Part shown: positions 51,785-60,778 of the stretch, one piece after another
Numbering within the stretch: position 1 is the stretch's first letter
How the letters are laid out: every line of letters starts with the position of its first letter
NCBI GenBank assembly: GCA_007127105.1
Contig: SLAA01000039.1
Coordinates: forward strand, 755 to 64,754
Reading direction: 5' to 3'
Length of the DNA: 64,000 nucleotides
From: Spirochaetales bacterium
GTDB lineage: Bacteria > Spirochaetota > Spirochaetia > DSM-27196 > SLAA01
Program-made: the position numbers and the translations under genes
Notes under the pieces: model-generated
The model's database searches: none
Told to the model about the DNA's origin: nothing
The model's input: only the letters and a program-made list of their open reading frames with translations

Positions 51785-53805
51785 ATGATGGGAATCTCGT
51801 CCCGTATCAACCGCTTTGCCTTATGGCGCTGATACATGTAGATCGCCACAAAGGCAACTAAACTTATGATGTCCGTCGTTATGGTCGGCCACACCATTGC
51901 AATCGAAATAGCCAAGAGTACTGCGGTTTCCCACCACTCAAGCTTGACAATAAGCCACTGTTGTATAACGGCACTGAAACAGTAGATTCCAAACAAGGCG
52001 GTGATACCTATCAAGACAATCTTGGTCCAGGTAGTGTCAACCATGAGAAACTCGGGATTGTACACAAACATAAAGGGCAGAAAGAAGGCCCCCAGGTCAA
52101 ATTTGAAGCCGTACAGCCCTGTTCGTATGGGGTCAGAGCGCGCTATCGCGGCGGCTGCATAGGCAGCAACGCCCACCGGAGGGGTATCGTCGGCCAGTAT
52201 TGCGTAATAGAGAATGAAAAGGTGCACCGCAACAACTGGCAGGGTTGGCTCAACCGCGAGAATAGCTGGAGCGACCAGTGTCGCCATCACCGCGTACTTA
52301 GCCGTAGTTGGCAACCCCAAACCTAAAATGATTGACAGGAATGCGGAGCCTAACAACAGCAAGAACAGGCTTTGGTCAGCAAGAACCGAGAAGATAAGAG
52401 TTACACGCATCCCCATGCCGGTCAGCGTCACAACCCCGACTATGATCCCAGCACTTGCACAAGCGACCGCAATACCTGCCATGCTCTTGGCCGAGGAATC
52501 TAAACTCCCAATGAAATCGGCCCAGAGGCCACGGCCCTCTTCAAGGAGCGACGGAATCAGCTGAACCGTGCCAGCCTTGAGGCCACGTGCAATTCGCACC
52601 CCCCGCTTGAACACAATCAATCCTATAGAGGTGAGGATAGCAAAGTATCCGGCCGCATAGGGCGTCATGCGAGCAATCATGAGGTAGTAGACCAGCACTC
52701 CAATTGGAATCCAGTAAAAGATACCCAGCAAAAAGGTCGACCAGAAGGGCGGAATCTGGTCCTTTGGCATGGGCTTCATGCCGGTCTTGGCCGCCTGCAG
52801 GTGAACCATTCCCAGCAGTCCGGCATAGCTAATCAGCGCGGGCAACAAAGCAGCCCCAGCTATTTGCCAATAGGGAATTCCGGTGAACTCAGACATAATG
52901 AAGGCTGCCGCTCCCATAACCGGTGGCAGAAACTGCCCATTCGTCGAGGCTGCGGTCTCAACGCCGCCCGCAACATCGGCATCAAAGCCGGTGTCCTTCA
53001 TGGTTGGTATGGTAATTGAGCCGGTCACCACCGTGTTCGCGACCGAACTGCCAGCAATACTACCCATGAAGCCGCTTGCAAGGACCGATGCCTTGGCTGG
53101 CCCTCCGCGAAAACGCCCTAGAAGTGCAAACGCAATCTTAACTATATAGAGTCCGGCTCCGGAGGCTTGAAAGAAGGAGCCGAACAGCACAAAGGCAAAC
53201 ACAAAGGTAGCAGAAACCCCTATAGGAATACCAAATATGCCGGAGTTCGTTATGTACAGTTCATTAATCACCCGGGTAACTCGGTAGCCACGGTGGCCAA
53301 TGAGATCCGGCATGTACTGGCCCACGAATGGGTAGATAAGAAAGACCAAGGCCACGGTCGGTAAAGCCAGACCAAAGGCCCGGTATGCAGCCACAAGGAT
53401 TAGGGCAATGGCAAGCCCGCCCATCCATAGGTCTGCAGTAATGGGTGCGCCTACTCGAGTCGCAATTTCCCGGTAGTTGTAAAAGATGTAGAAAATACTG
53501 ATAAAACCTATGACCGCCAGGAGAATGTCATACCACGCAACGGAATCATAGTTTTCAGTCTTTTTCCGGTTATGTGGAAAATACAAAAAACAAAGTGCAA
53601 GTCCAAACGACAGATGCAGGCTCCGCTGCAACACCGAGGTCAGCATTCCAAACCCAAGAGTATAGAAGTGAAAGGAAGACCATGCTATACCCAGCAGAAA
53701 AATGAACAGTCCGATCTTTCCCGGAGGAGTACGTACCCGCCCCTCATCACTGAGCTTGGAAAGGTCAATTTCATCCCCGTCCATTACGACGCTTTCAATG
53801 CTCAA
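51781..53805 (-). CDS. TRAP transporter fused permease (DctQ/DctM-like, TAXI-type)
   Basis: 674 aa and highly polytopic. TTG start 53805 is preceded by GAGGAG with a 9-nt spacer. It is typical of the fused 4TM/12TM TRAP permease family that partners TAXI receptors. Confidence 0.9.
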   Translation of the reverse strand: MSIESVVMDGDEIDLSKLSDEGRVRTPPGKIGLFIFLLGIAWSSFHFYTLGFGMLTSVLQRSLHLSFGLALCFLYFPHNRKKTENYDSVAWYDILLAVIGFISIFYIFYNYREIATRVGAPITADLWMGGLAIALILVAAYRAFGLALPTVALVFLIYPFVGQYMPDLIGHRGYRVTRVINELYITNSGIFGIPIGVSATFVFAFVLFGSFFQASGAGLYIVKIAFALLGRFRGGPAKASVLASGFMGSIAGSSVANTVVTGSITIPTMKDTGFDADVAGGVETAASTNGQFLPPVMGAAAFIMSEFTGIPYWQIAGAALLPALISYAGLLGMVHLQAAKTGMKPMPKDQIPPFWSTFLLGIFYWIPIGVLVYYLMIARMTPYAAGYFAILTSIGLIVFKRGVRIARGLKAGTVQLIPSLLEEGRGLWADFIGSLDSSAKSMAGIAVACASAGIIVGVVTLTGMGMRVTLIFSVLADQSLFLLLLGSAFLSIILGLGLPTTAKYAVMATLVAPAILAVEPTLPVVAVHLFILYYAILADDTPPVGVAAYAAAAIARSDPIRTGLYGFKFDLGAFFLPFMFVYNPEFLMVDTTWTKIVLIGITALFGIYCFSAVIQQWLIVKLEWWETAVLLAISIAMVWPTITTDIISLVAFVAIYMYQRHKAKRLIRDEIPII

Positions 53806-53840
53806 GGTTGTGTACTCCTCTTCTCGGTATAGGGATCAAT

Positions 53841-53865
53841 GGTGCAGGGCATTTTGCCCTGCACC
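53841..53865 (-). other. Perfect 11-bp GC-rich stem-loop between the TAXI receptor gene and the permease gene
   Basis: GGTGCAGGGCA-TTT-TGCCCTGCACC (53841-53865), with coordinates verified against ORF 53808..54002. No U-tract follows on the transcribed (minus) strand. It lies 35 nt after the receptor stop. Confidence 0.5.
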
Positions 53866-53900
53866 GACCTAAGACACGTTTTCGTGGCAGAGAGAGCTGC

Positions 53901-54902
53901 CTACCTCATACCCTTTCCGGCAAAGAAGCGTTCCGCACCTGGGTGCAGCGGAATGGGCATGCCGTCAAGGCCACTCTCAACAGTGATCCAGCGCGCCTGT
54001 GAGTGCGCTGAGTGTACAATCCCTATGTTATCAAAGATTGCGGTCATGAAGTTGTACACAATGTCGTCCGAGAGATCCTCACGTGCCACAACAATGGACA
54101 CAACACCAACCGTCTGAGCCTCTGCAACTCCGCTGTAGGCATCACCTGGAATAGTGACGACAGCATAGAAGTCTTCCATTGCCATGAGACGTTCAGCGTA
54201 CTGGCCGCTGATTGGAACAATCTTAATGTCCTGGGTAACCGCAAGGTCTGCAATTACCGCCCCGCCTATAGCAACAGTGAAGAAGGCTGCATCAATTCGT
54301 CCATCGCGCAGGAAGTCGGCAGCTTCACTTGGCTCCAGGCGCTCGGCGACCGCAAGATCATTCTCAGTGAGTCCCGCAGCCTCAAGCACCTGCATGGCGT
54401 TGACCGTGGCTCCACTTCCCAGTGGGCCAAGCGCGACACGCTTACCAGCAAGATCGGATGGACTGTTGATCCCTGAACCCTCACGCGCAACAAGTTGAAC
54501 CGGTTCCGGATACAGTGCAAACATACCTCGCATATTGGTGATAGGGTTTCCGTCCCAGGCATTGCGGCCATTGTAGGCATATGATGCTACGTCGTTCTGA
54601 ACAATAGCCATGTCAAGGTCTCCGCTCCCAATCAAGTTGCTGTTCACAACCGACGCCCCGGAGGACTCAACGGTTAGGCTCACCCCGTCCATATGAAGGT
54701 GAACAACGCGCGACATAGAGCCTGCAATGGGATAGTAGGCACCGGTAACCCAACCACCACCCATGTTCAGGCGTGTCGTGCTCGGCCCTGCTTCCCTGCC
54801 ACCACCGGCAAACAGGTTTGCGGTGCCAGCCGTGAAGATGAGGAGAAATGCCGCCGCCACCATGAGCAACCGCACCGTCTTCCGTGTAGAGAAATTCGTC
54901 AT
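53901..54902 (-). CDS. TAXI-family TRAP transporter solute-binding protein
   Basis: ORF 53901..54971. I chose ATG 54902 (AAGGGGG upstream), which gives the signal peptide MTNFSTRKTVRLLMVAAAFLLIFTAGTANLFA. TAXI hallmark GGGWVTGAYYPIAGSMSRVV. Confidence 0.85.
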   Translation of the reverse strand: MTNFSTRKTVRLLMVAAAFLLIFTAGTANLFAGGGREAGPSTTRLNMGGGWVTGAYYPIAGSMSRVVHLHMDGVSLTVESSGASVVNSNLIGSGDLDMAIVQNDVASYAYNGRNAWDGNPITNMRGMFALYPEPVQLVAREGSGINSPSDLAGKRVALGPLGSGATVNAMQVLEAAGLTENDLAVAERLEPSEAADFLRDGRIDAAFFTVAIGGAVIADLAVTQDIKIVPISGQYAERLMAMEDFYAVVTIPGDAYSGVAEAQTVGVVSIVVAREDLSDDIVYNFMTAIFDNIGIVHSAHSQARWITVESGLDGMPIPLHPGAERFFAGKGMR

Positions 54903-55364
54903 AAAAGGCCCCCTTTTCGACTCAAGAAACTGACAAGAAAAACATCCGTGTGGATCACTTCTTCCTATCACCCCCTTGTGACACTGGTATATGCGTCACC
55001 GCCACTCCTCTACTCATAAAGGAGTGTGGCAACGCCCCCGTAGCAATGAACGTCCACAGGCGTTCGCCAATGAACTTAACCGTACTAAAGTCGTCAACAA
55101 TTACCGGGCTGTCAAGACTATTGCTCTCTACTCTCGTACAGCGCGGCTCTTTTGAACTGTGGAAAAGTCCGTTGGTAAATATGCAGAAAGTCCCCTCAAT
55201 GTGCAAGCGCAAAGCACAAATTGAGCGCAATATTTTCACTGAATTGTACTGCTAATCCGACAATCCTACGCAGATGTCGCGTTTTGTTGGCGCCGCTTCC
55301 CGCATTTCATCATGCCGGTAAAGAAGTTCTCTGTATGGGACGAAAATTTATACAGGTGAAGAAC

Positions 55365-56045
55365 ATGGATATCCGAACAGCCAACTGGACGAGACGATGC
55401 ACCGGTGCGTTGCTCTTAGCGCTGCTGCCGACGCTCGCGTACGGTCAAAACCTAACACAGCAACTGCATTCAGCAGCCCGAGCTGAGGACCCGATCGCAG
55501 TTCAGAACGCACTTGACCTTGGAGTGGCGGTAGATGCCCGTGACGCCTACAACTGGACGGCCCTCATGCTGGTAGCAGCCGTGAACTCCCCCACCTCTCA
55601 GCAAGCTGAGGCCGCAGCACGAATTCTTATTGAGGCTGGAGCAGATGTGAACGCACGCAGCCTTGACGGGTGGAGCCCGTTGCATTTTGCCGGGGCACTG
55701 GGAGGCAACCCCGCAGTGGTGGAAATTCTCCTGGAGGCGGGCGCCAATATCGAGGCCCGTACCATGGAGAGCTGGTCCGCCGAAATGACCCTGGCTCGCT
55801 ATACAGGTGAACAGCGGTTACAGCGCTCTATAGGCCCCGGCATGGTGACCGGCAGCGACATTGGATATACGCCTCTCATGGCTGCTGCCAGGTTTGGTGA
55901 GCTCGAACTCGTCATGGCCTTGCTCGGGGCGGGAGCGGACCCGAGCGCCCGCGACGAACGGAACCGTACTGCCTGTGACTACAGCCGCGACAGGACTCAT
56001 TTGGCAGGCACCGATATTTCAGAGCGACTGTGTCAGGACAAGTAG
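55365..56045 (+). CDS. Secreted ankyrin-repeat protein
   Basis: ORF 55221..56045. ATG 55365 gives the signal peptide MDIRTANWTRRCTGALLLALLPTLAYG (ATG 55335 is an alternative). There are about four ANK repeats (NWTALMLVAA..LIEAGADVNAR, GWSPLHFAGALGGNPAVVEILLEAGANIEAR, YTPLMAAARFGELELVMALLGAGADPSARD). Confidence 0.75.
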   Translation: MDIRTANWTRRCTGALLLALLPTLAYGQNLTQQLHSAARAEDPIAVQNALDLGVAVDARDAYNWTALMLVAAVNSPTSQQAEAAARILIEAGADVNARSLDGWSPLHFAGALGGNPAVVEILLEAGANIEARTMESWSAEMTLARYTGEQRLQRSIGPGMVTGSDIGYTPLMAAARFGELELVMALLGAGADPSARDERNRTACDYSRDRTHLAGTDISERLCQDK

Positions 56046-56089
56046 CAATCTCTCATTTTGAGGCTGTTCTTATCGGCGACTAGCGGCGA

Positions 56090-56791
56090 CTAGCGGCGGG
56101 AACACTTCTGCACAAAGGCTGTGAAAACTTGCTGTGACTCAGGGTCTGTTTTTGCCATCATTTCCGGATGCCACTGCAGACCAACCACAAAACGGTCTCC
56201 CGCACGCTCAATGGCTTCAATAATTCCGTCGTCCGCTACGGCAGTGACCTTGAAGTCCGGCGCAACGTCCTTAACTGCCTGATGATGAAAACTGTTGACC
56301 GCAATGCGCTCCTTTTGGAGCATGGCATGCAGACTGCTCTCAGGAGTTATTGAGACATCGTGCCCCGGGTACTCAAAGGGGAATACACCAAAAAGCATGT
56401 GCATGCCCGCTTCGGGGCGTTGCTTTTCAAGAGCCTGGTAACAGCTCCCACCGCCATGAACGTTTAAGAGCTGCATGCCACGGCAGATCCCCATAACCGG
56501 ATAGTTGTGGCGTTCCAACACGTGAGTAAGGAGCGCCAGTTCATGCTTGTCACGATAGGGTCTGGTTTCCTCCAGGCCGTACATTGGTGCTTCCCCATAG
56601 TGGGCCGGAACAATATCCGAGCCACCCGAAAGAAGAAGCCCATCAAGTCCCGCCAGTACCTCCTCAAGTGCGGATGTATCCTCAAGGACCGGCAGCACAA
56701 GCGGTGCACCGCCTGCCGCAGCTACAGCGTTGACGTAGGCGTCAATGAAGCCTTGTCGTGTTGTGTTGGTAACTCCGATAATCGGTCTCAT
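56090..56791 (-). CDS. Gamma-glutamyl-gamma-aminobutyrate hydrolase family (PuuD-like, peptidase C26 / class-I glutamine amidotransferase fold)
   Basis: 233 aa with AAGGAG upstream. N-terminus MRPIIGVT, nucleophile elbow GICRGMQLLNV, and the His region NSFHHQAV. Confidence 0.85.
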   Translation of the reverse strand: MRPIIGVTNTTRQGFIDAYVNAVAAAGGAPLVLPVLEDTSALEEVLAGLDGLLLSGGSDIVPAHYGEAPMYGLEETRPYRDKHELALLTHVLERHNYPVMGICRGMQLLNVHGGGSCYQALEKQRPEAGMHMLFGVFPFEYPGHDVSITPESSLHAMLQKERIAVNSFHHQAVKDVAPDFKVTAVADDGIIEAIERAGDRFVVGLQWHPEMMAKTDPESQQVFTAFVQKCSRR

Positions 56792-56848
56792 GGTTGTTGC
56801 TCCTTGTGTTTGAAGAGGTTGGGTACGCTCTGATTCCCGGTGGCGTTT

Positions 56849-57814
56849 CTACGCCGTCTCGCGAAGCACACAGCGTACATAATGGTTAGGCTCAACTTCA
56901 AGCAGTTCCACCGGGCGGCGGCACCGGTCCTGCCGAACAGGGCACCTGCCGTAAAAGCGGCAGATTGATGGTGGATTGACTGGACTCGGCACATCACCCT
57001 CAAGGATAATCCGGTGGTGCTCGGTACTCCGTGTTATTCTTGGAATTGCCGAGACCAGGGCCTCGGTATAGGGATGCAAAGGGTTGTGAATGACCTCGTC
57101 GGCATCGCCTAGCTCAACGATCTGTCCCATATACATCACCGCGATTCGGTCACTTATATGTTTCACAACCGAAAGATCATGTGCAATGAAGAGGTAGGTG
57201 AGTTGCAGCTCGTCCTGCAGCTCCTCAAAGAGATTGAGAATCTGGGCCTGTATTGAAACATCCAGAGCCGAGACGGGTTCATCCAGAACCAAAAACTCCG
57301 GTTCAAGAGCCAAGGCTCGCGCAATTCCCACCCGCTGACGACGTCCACCGTCGAGCTCGTGCGGATAAGAATTAATCAATCTGGAGGCAATACCAGCGTA
57401 GTCCATGAGCGACTCAACCTTCTGCCGCAATGCCTTCCCCTTGGTATACAGCTTGTGTACCAGGAGTGCTTCACCAATGATCTCGGCAACACTCATTCTG
57501 GGGTCGAGTGAGGAATAGGGATCCTGAAATACAATCTGCGCCTTCCGTGCAAACTTCTTGAGCTCCGTTCTATTCAGTGACTGTACATCGGTTCCACGGA
57601 AGAACACCTGACCGGATGTCGCGTCCAGCAGGCGAACCAGAAGGCGGCCGGTTGTAGACTTGCCGCAGCCGCTCTCACCCACAAGGCCAAGCGTCTCTCC
57701 CTGGTTGATATGGAGACTCACACCGTCGACTGCGTGCAGTGTCCCTTGCTTGGTCCTGAATTCCTTGTGGAGGTCAACAAGCTTCACCAGGGGTCCTTGT
57801 ATACTCTCAGCCAT
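56849..57814 (-). CDS. Oligopeptide/dipeptide ABC transporter ATP-binding protein (OppF/DppF-like)
   Basis: Walker A GESGCGKST, signature LDGGRRQRV, Walker B FLVLDEPVSALD. The C-terminal Opp/Dpp extension has a Cys motif (CRFYGRCPVRQDRC). Confidence 0.9.
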   Translation of the reverse strand: MAESIQGPLVKLVDLHKEFRTKQGTLHAVDGVSLHINQGETLGLVGESGCGKSTTGRLLVRLLDATSGQVFFRGTDVQSLNRTELKKFARKAQIVFQDPYSSLDPRMSVAEIIGEALLVHKLYTKGKALRQKVESLMDYAGIASRLINSYPHELDGGRRQRVGIARALALEPEFLVLDEPVSALDVSIQAQILNLFEELQDELQLTYLFIAHDLSVVKHISDRIAVMYMGQIVELGDADEVIHNPLHPYTEALVSAIPRITRSTEHHRIILEGDVPSPVNPPSICRFYGRCPVRQDRCRRPVELLEVEPNHYVRCVLRETA

Positions 57815-58796
57815 CGGTGCCTTCCTTGTTGTCGTACAGGTAACATCGAGATTCGTGGCCGGGACCGACCCCGTACATGGGTGGGATCACACCGGAACAG
57901 CGCTCCATCACGTGAGGGCAGCGCGGGTGAAAGCTACAGCCGCTGGGTAGTTCCATTGCATCGGGCATGAGCCCCTGAATAGGCCTAAGCTTGCTCTTGC
58001 CGCGTTGTTCGATATCTGGGATGGAACCAATCAGTCCGACGGTATAGGGGTGTTGGGGGTGCTCAAAGACCTGCTCTACTGTTCCTGTCTCTACAATGTC
58101 CCCGGCGTACATGACAGCAACCCGATCCGCAACCTCGGCAACCACTCCTAGATCGTGACTGATCATGATCATTGCCGAGTCAAACTCGGATTTGAGGCGT
58201 TTCATGATCTCAAGGATCTGTGCTTGAATAGTTACATCGAGCGCAGTGGTGGGCTCATCTGCAATGAGGAGAGCCGGATTACAGGCAAGCGCCATAGCAA
58301 TTACTACTCTTTGTTTCATCCCTCCGGAAAACTCATGGGGGTAATCATCAATGCGTCCTGCCGGAATGCCGACCACCTCCAGCATTTCTCCAGCCCGTTT
58401 GATCGCCTGGGAATGAGTTAGCCCCTGATGAAGCTCTATATTCTCGGCAATTTGTTTTCCAACGCTAAAGACAGGGTTTAGGGAAGTCATTGGATCCTGA
58501 AAGATGATGGTAATCTTGTTGCCGCGAATCCTTCGCATCTCACGCTCAGTCTTCTTCAGCAGACTTTCCCCCCGGAACAAGATATCCCCGGCAACAATCC
58601 GCCCAGGAGGGTCCGGAACCAGGCGCATAATGGAGAGGGCGGTTGTGGTCTTTCCTGCTCCGGTCTCACCCACCAGACCAAGCGTTTCACCAGGCTTGAG
58701 TGTTAGATCTATACCGTTGACCGCCTCAGCAGTACCGTCGTCAGTTACGTAGTGTACATGGAGGCCTTTCAACTCCAAAAGGTATTCGCTACTCAC
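57807..58796 (-). CDS. Oligopeptide/dipeptide ABC transporter ATP-binding protein (OppD/DppD-like)
   Basis: Walker A GETGAGKTT, signature FSGGMKQRV, Walker B LLIADEPTTALD, C-terminal CSFHPRCPHVMERC. It overlaps the next gene by 8 nt. Confidence 0.9.
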   Translation of the reverse strand: MSSEYLLELKGLHVHYVTDDGTAEAVNGIDLTLKPGETLGLVGETGAGKTTTALSIMRLVPDPPGRIVAGDILFRGESLLKKTEREMRRIRGNKITIIFQDPMTSLNPVFSVGKQIAENIELHQGLTHSQAIKRAGEMLEVVGIPAGRIDDYPHEFSGGMKQRVVIAMALACNPALLIADEPTTALDVTIQAQILEIMKRLKSEFDSAMIMISHDLGVVAEVADRVAVMYAGDIVETGTVEQVFEHPQHPYTVGLIGSIPDIEQRGKSKLRPIQGLMPDAMELPSGCSFHPRCPHVMERCSGVIPPMYGVGPGHESRCYLYDNKEGTDG

Positions 58797-58813
58797 GCGT
58801 CGCTCCTTGTCAC

Positions 58814-59731
58814 TTAGTTCTTCAGCCGCGGGTCAAGTGCGTCGCGAAGTCCGTCACCAACCAGATTGAATGCCAGGACTGTGAACATGATCGCGACTCC
58901 GGGAAAGGTCGCCATCCACCATGCGTCACGGAGATACTGGCGACCTCCGGACAGCATTGCTCCCCATTCCGGTAGCGGCGGTTGGGCGCCAAGTCCCAGA
59001 AAGCTCAGTCCGGCAGCAATGATAATGGTGTCACCAATTCTCAAGGTCGCTTGCACCAGGATCGGTGCAAAGGCGTTTGGAATAACATGACGCAGAATAA
59101 TCCAGGTATGACTGCATCCGAGGGCTCTGGCGGCCTCGATATACTCATTCTCCTTGACCGACATTACCGAAGAGCGAATGATTCTGGCAAAATAGGGAAT
59201 AGAGTTAACCCCAACAGCAATCATCAAGTTGGTTAGGTTTGGCCCCAAGGCCGTCACCAAGGCTACCGCGAAAATGAATCCCGGTATTGCAAGAATCACG
59301 TCCATGATCCGCATGATGAACTGGTCACGCGATCCACCGTAGTACCCGGCAATGGCCCCCAAGCCCCCGCCAATCACAAGTCCTATCGATGTAGTGATGA
59401 ACCCGATTGAGAGCGAAAGCCTTGATCCGTGAATGATGCGCGAGAGTATATCGCGTCCCAAATGGTCTGTTCCCAAGATAGCTTCTGCCGACGGCGCAAG
59501 GAACCTGCGACCAAGCTGCTGATCATCCAAACCTTCCGGTGCGACAAAGTCGGCACCGATTGCAACAAAGGCCAGAAAGATTAACAGAACCATCCCGGAC
59601 ATAGCCCACTTGTTCTTTCGGAATTGGCGCCAGGTCTCGTCAAAGCGAGTGCGTTGCTTGCGCCCGGTACCTATGGTCGGTGGTACCGGAAGGGATTCGC
59701 CAGTTGTTGCATTTCGTAGTCGTACTGCCAT
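58814..59731 (-). CDS. ABC transporter permease (OppC/DppC-like)
   Basis: 305 aa with six helices and the binding-protein-dependent transport EAA-type loop (YIEAARALGCSHTWIILRHVIPNA). Confidence 0.9.
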   Translation of the reverse strand: MAVRLRNATTGESLPVPPTIGTGRKQRTRFDETWRQFRKNKWAMSGMVLLIFLAFVAIGADFVAPEGLDDQQLGRRFLAPSAEAILGTDHLGRDILSRIIHGSRLSLSIGFITTSIGLVIGGGLGAIAGYYGGSRDQFIMRIMDVILAIPGFIFAVALVTALGPNLTNLMIAVGVNSIPYFARIIRSSVMSVKENEYIEAARALGCSHTWIILRHVIPNAFAPILVQATLRIGDTIIIAAGLSFLGLGAQPPLPEWGAMLSGGRQYLRDAWWMATFPGVAIMFTVLAFNLVGDGLRDALDPRLKN

Positions 59732-59734
59732 AAC

Positions 59735-60679
59735 CTACCTATACCGTACCTTGACCCGCGGATCTATAAAGGAATAGAGCAAATCAACCCCCAGTGTAAC
59801 GAGGCTAAAAATGATGGCATAGGTCAAGATAATACCCTGCACCACGTTGTAGTCCTGAGCCCGCACCGCATCAATCAGAAGTCTCCCAATTCCGGGCCAG
59901 GCAAAGATTCTCTCGGTTACAACCGAGCCTCCAAGAAGCACCCCAAAACGCAGACCAATGATGGTAACTACCGGCATAAGGGCGTTGCGCAGCGCATGCA
60001 CAAAAACAACCTTAAATGGGCTCAACCCCTTGGCCTTTGCCATCCGAATGTAGTCCTGCCTCAACACCTCAAGCATTGAGGATCTCGTTATCCGGGTAAT
60101 AAAGGCAGCGTGAGCCGTACCAAGTACAATCGCTGGCATGATCATGTGCTGCATTGTTCCGTATCCAGATGCCGGAAGCAGCGTGTAACCAAAGCTGTTG
60201 GCCCAGAATACCGCGAAGAAAAGGATCAGCATGAGTCCAAGCCAGAAGTTTGGCATTGAGACGCCTAAGAGCGCGGTTACCATTGCGCCACCGTCCCAGA
60301 CGGTGTACTGACGTACCGCAGCAACTACTCCAGCAATGAGGCCGATCATGATCGCTATCACCAATGAGGCAGTTGCCAGCTGCATTGTAGCCGGGAGTCG
60401 GGACAGTATGAGTCCAAGTACCGACTGACCGGTGCGAAAGGAGTTTCCTAGATCCCCCTGTGCCAAACGGAGCAAGAAGTCACGGTACTGAACAAGAAAG
60501 GGCTCATTCAGTCCCAGGAAATCGCGCATCATTGCAATATCCTCCGCAGTAGCATCTTGTGGGAGCATGATCGTGGCCGGATCTCCGGGGGTGAAAAACA
60601 TAATGGCGAACACGATGAAGGTGGCGCCCAGCAGTACCGGGATGAGCGAGAGTAGTCGTTTAAAGATGTAGCGTATCAC
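59735..60679 (-). CDS. ABC transporter permease (OppB/DppB-like)
   Basis: 314 aa with a GTG start. N-terminus MIRYIFKRLLSLIPVLLG is typical of DppB/OppB. EAA-type loop DYIRMAKAKGLSPFKVVFVHALRNA. Confidence 0.9.
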   Translation of the reverse strand: MIRYIFKRLLSLIPVLLGATFIVFAIMFFTPGDPATIMLPQDATAEDIAMMRDFLGLNEPFLVQYRDFLLRLAQGDLGNSFRTGQSVLGLILSRLPATMQLATASLVIAIMIGLIAGVVAAVRQYTVWDGGAMVTALLGVSMPNFWLGLMLILFFAVFWANSFGYTLLPASGYGTMQHMIMPAIVLGTAHAAFITRITRSSMLEVLRQDYIRMAKAKGLSPFKVVFVHALRNALMPVVTIIGLRFGVLLGGSVVTERIFAWPGIGRLLIDAVRAQDYNVVQGIILTYAIIFSLVTLGVDLLYSFIDPRVKVRYR

Positions 60680-60703
60680 TCGTGTTCAACCTCACAAGGC
60701 GGT

Positions 60704-60765
60704 GGGGCCGGCAGCGCCTGCCAGCCCCAAACTCGCCGTTCGCGCCCCATGCGTGGAGCGCGAAC
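60704..60765 (-). other. Two GC-rich stem-loops between the binding-protein gene and the first permease gene
   Basis: First hairpin: GGGGCCGGCAG/CTGCCAGCCCC (60704-60714 / 60718-60728), 11 bp, with one position that is G-U in the minus-strand RNA and a 3-nt loop. Second hairpin: GTTCGCGC/GCGCGAAC (60738-60745 / 60758-60765), 8 bp with a 12-nt loop. Confidence 0.5.
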
Positions 60766-60778
60766 CCTTTCAACGTTT

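Noticed and set aside
54950-55255. 101-aa (+) and 94-aa (-, 54955..55239) ORFs inside the long intergenic region.
   Set aside because: They have GTG starts without an RBS, overlap each other on opposite strands, and give odd Cys/His/Arg-rich translations with no recognisable family.
56074-56098. Tandem CGGCGACTAG x2.5 between the ankyrin and PuuD-like genes, together with the other short tandem repeats (10732..10801, 40851..40886), as possible CRISPR or minisatellite arrays.
   Set aside because: Each has only 2-3 copies and no spacers. The 56074-56098 repeat overlaps the PuuD stop codon. They are best explained as slippage duplications.
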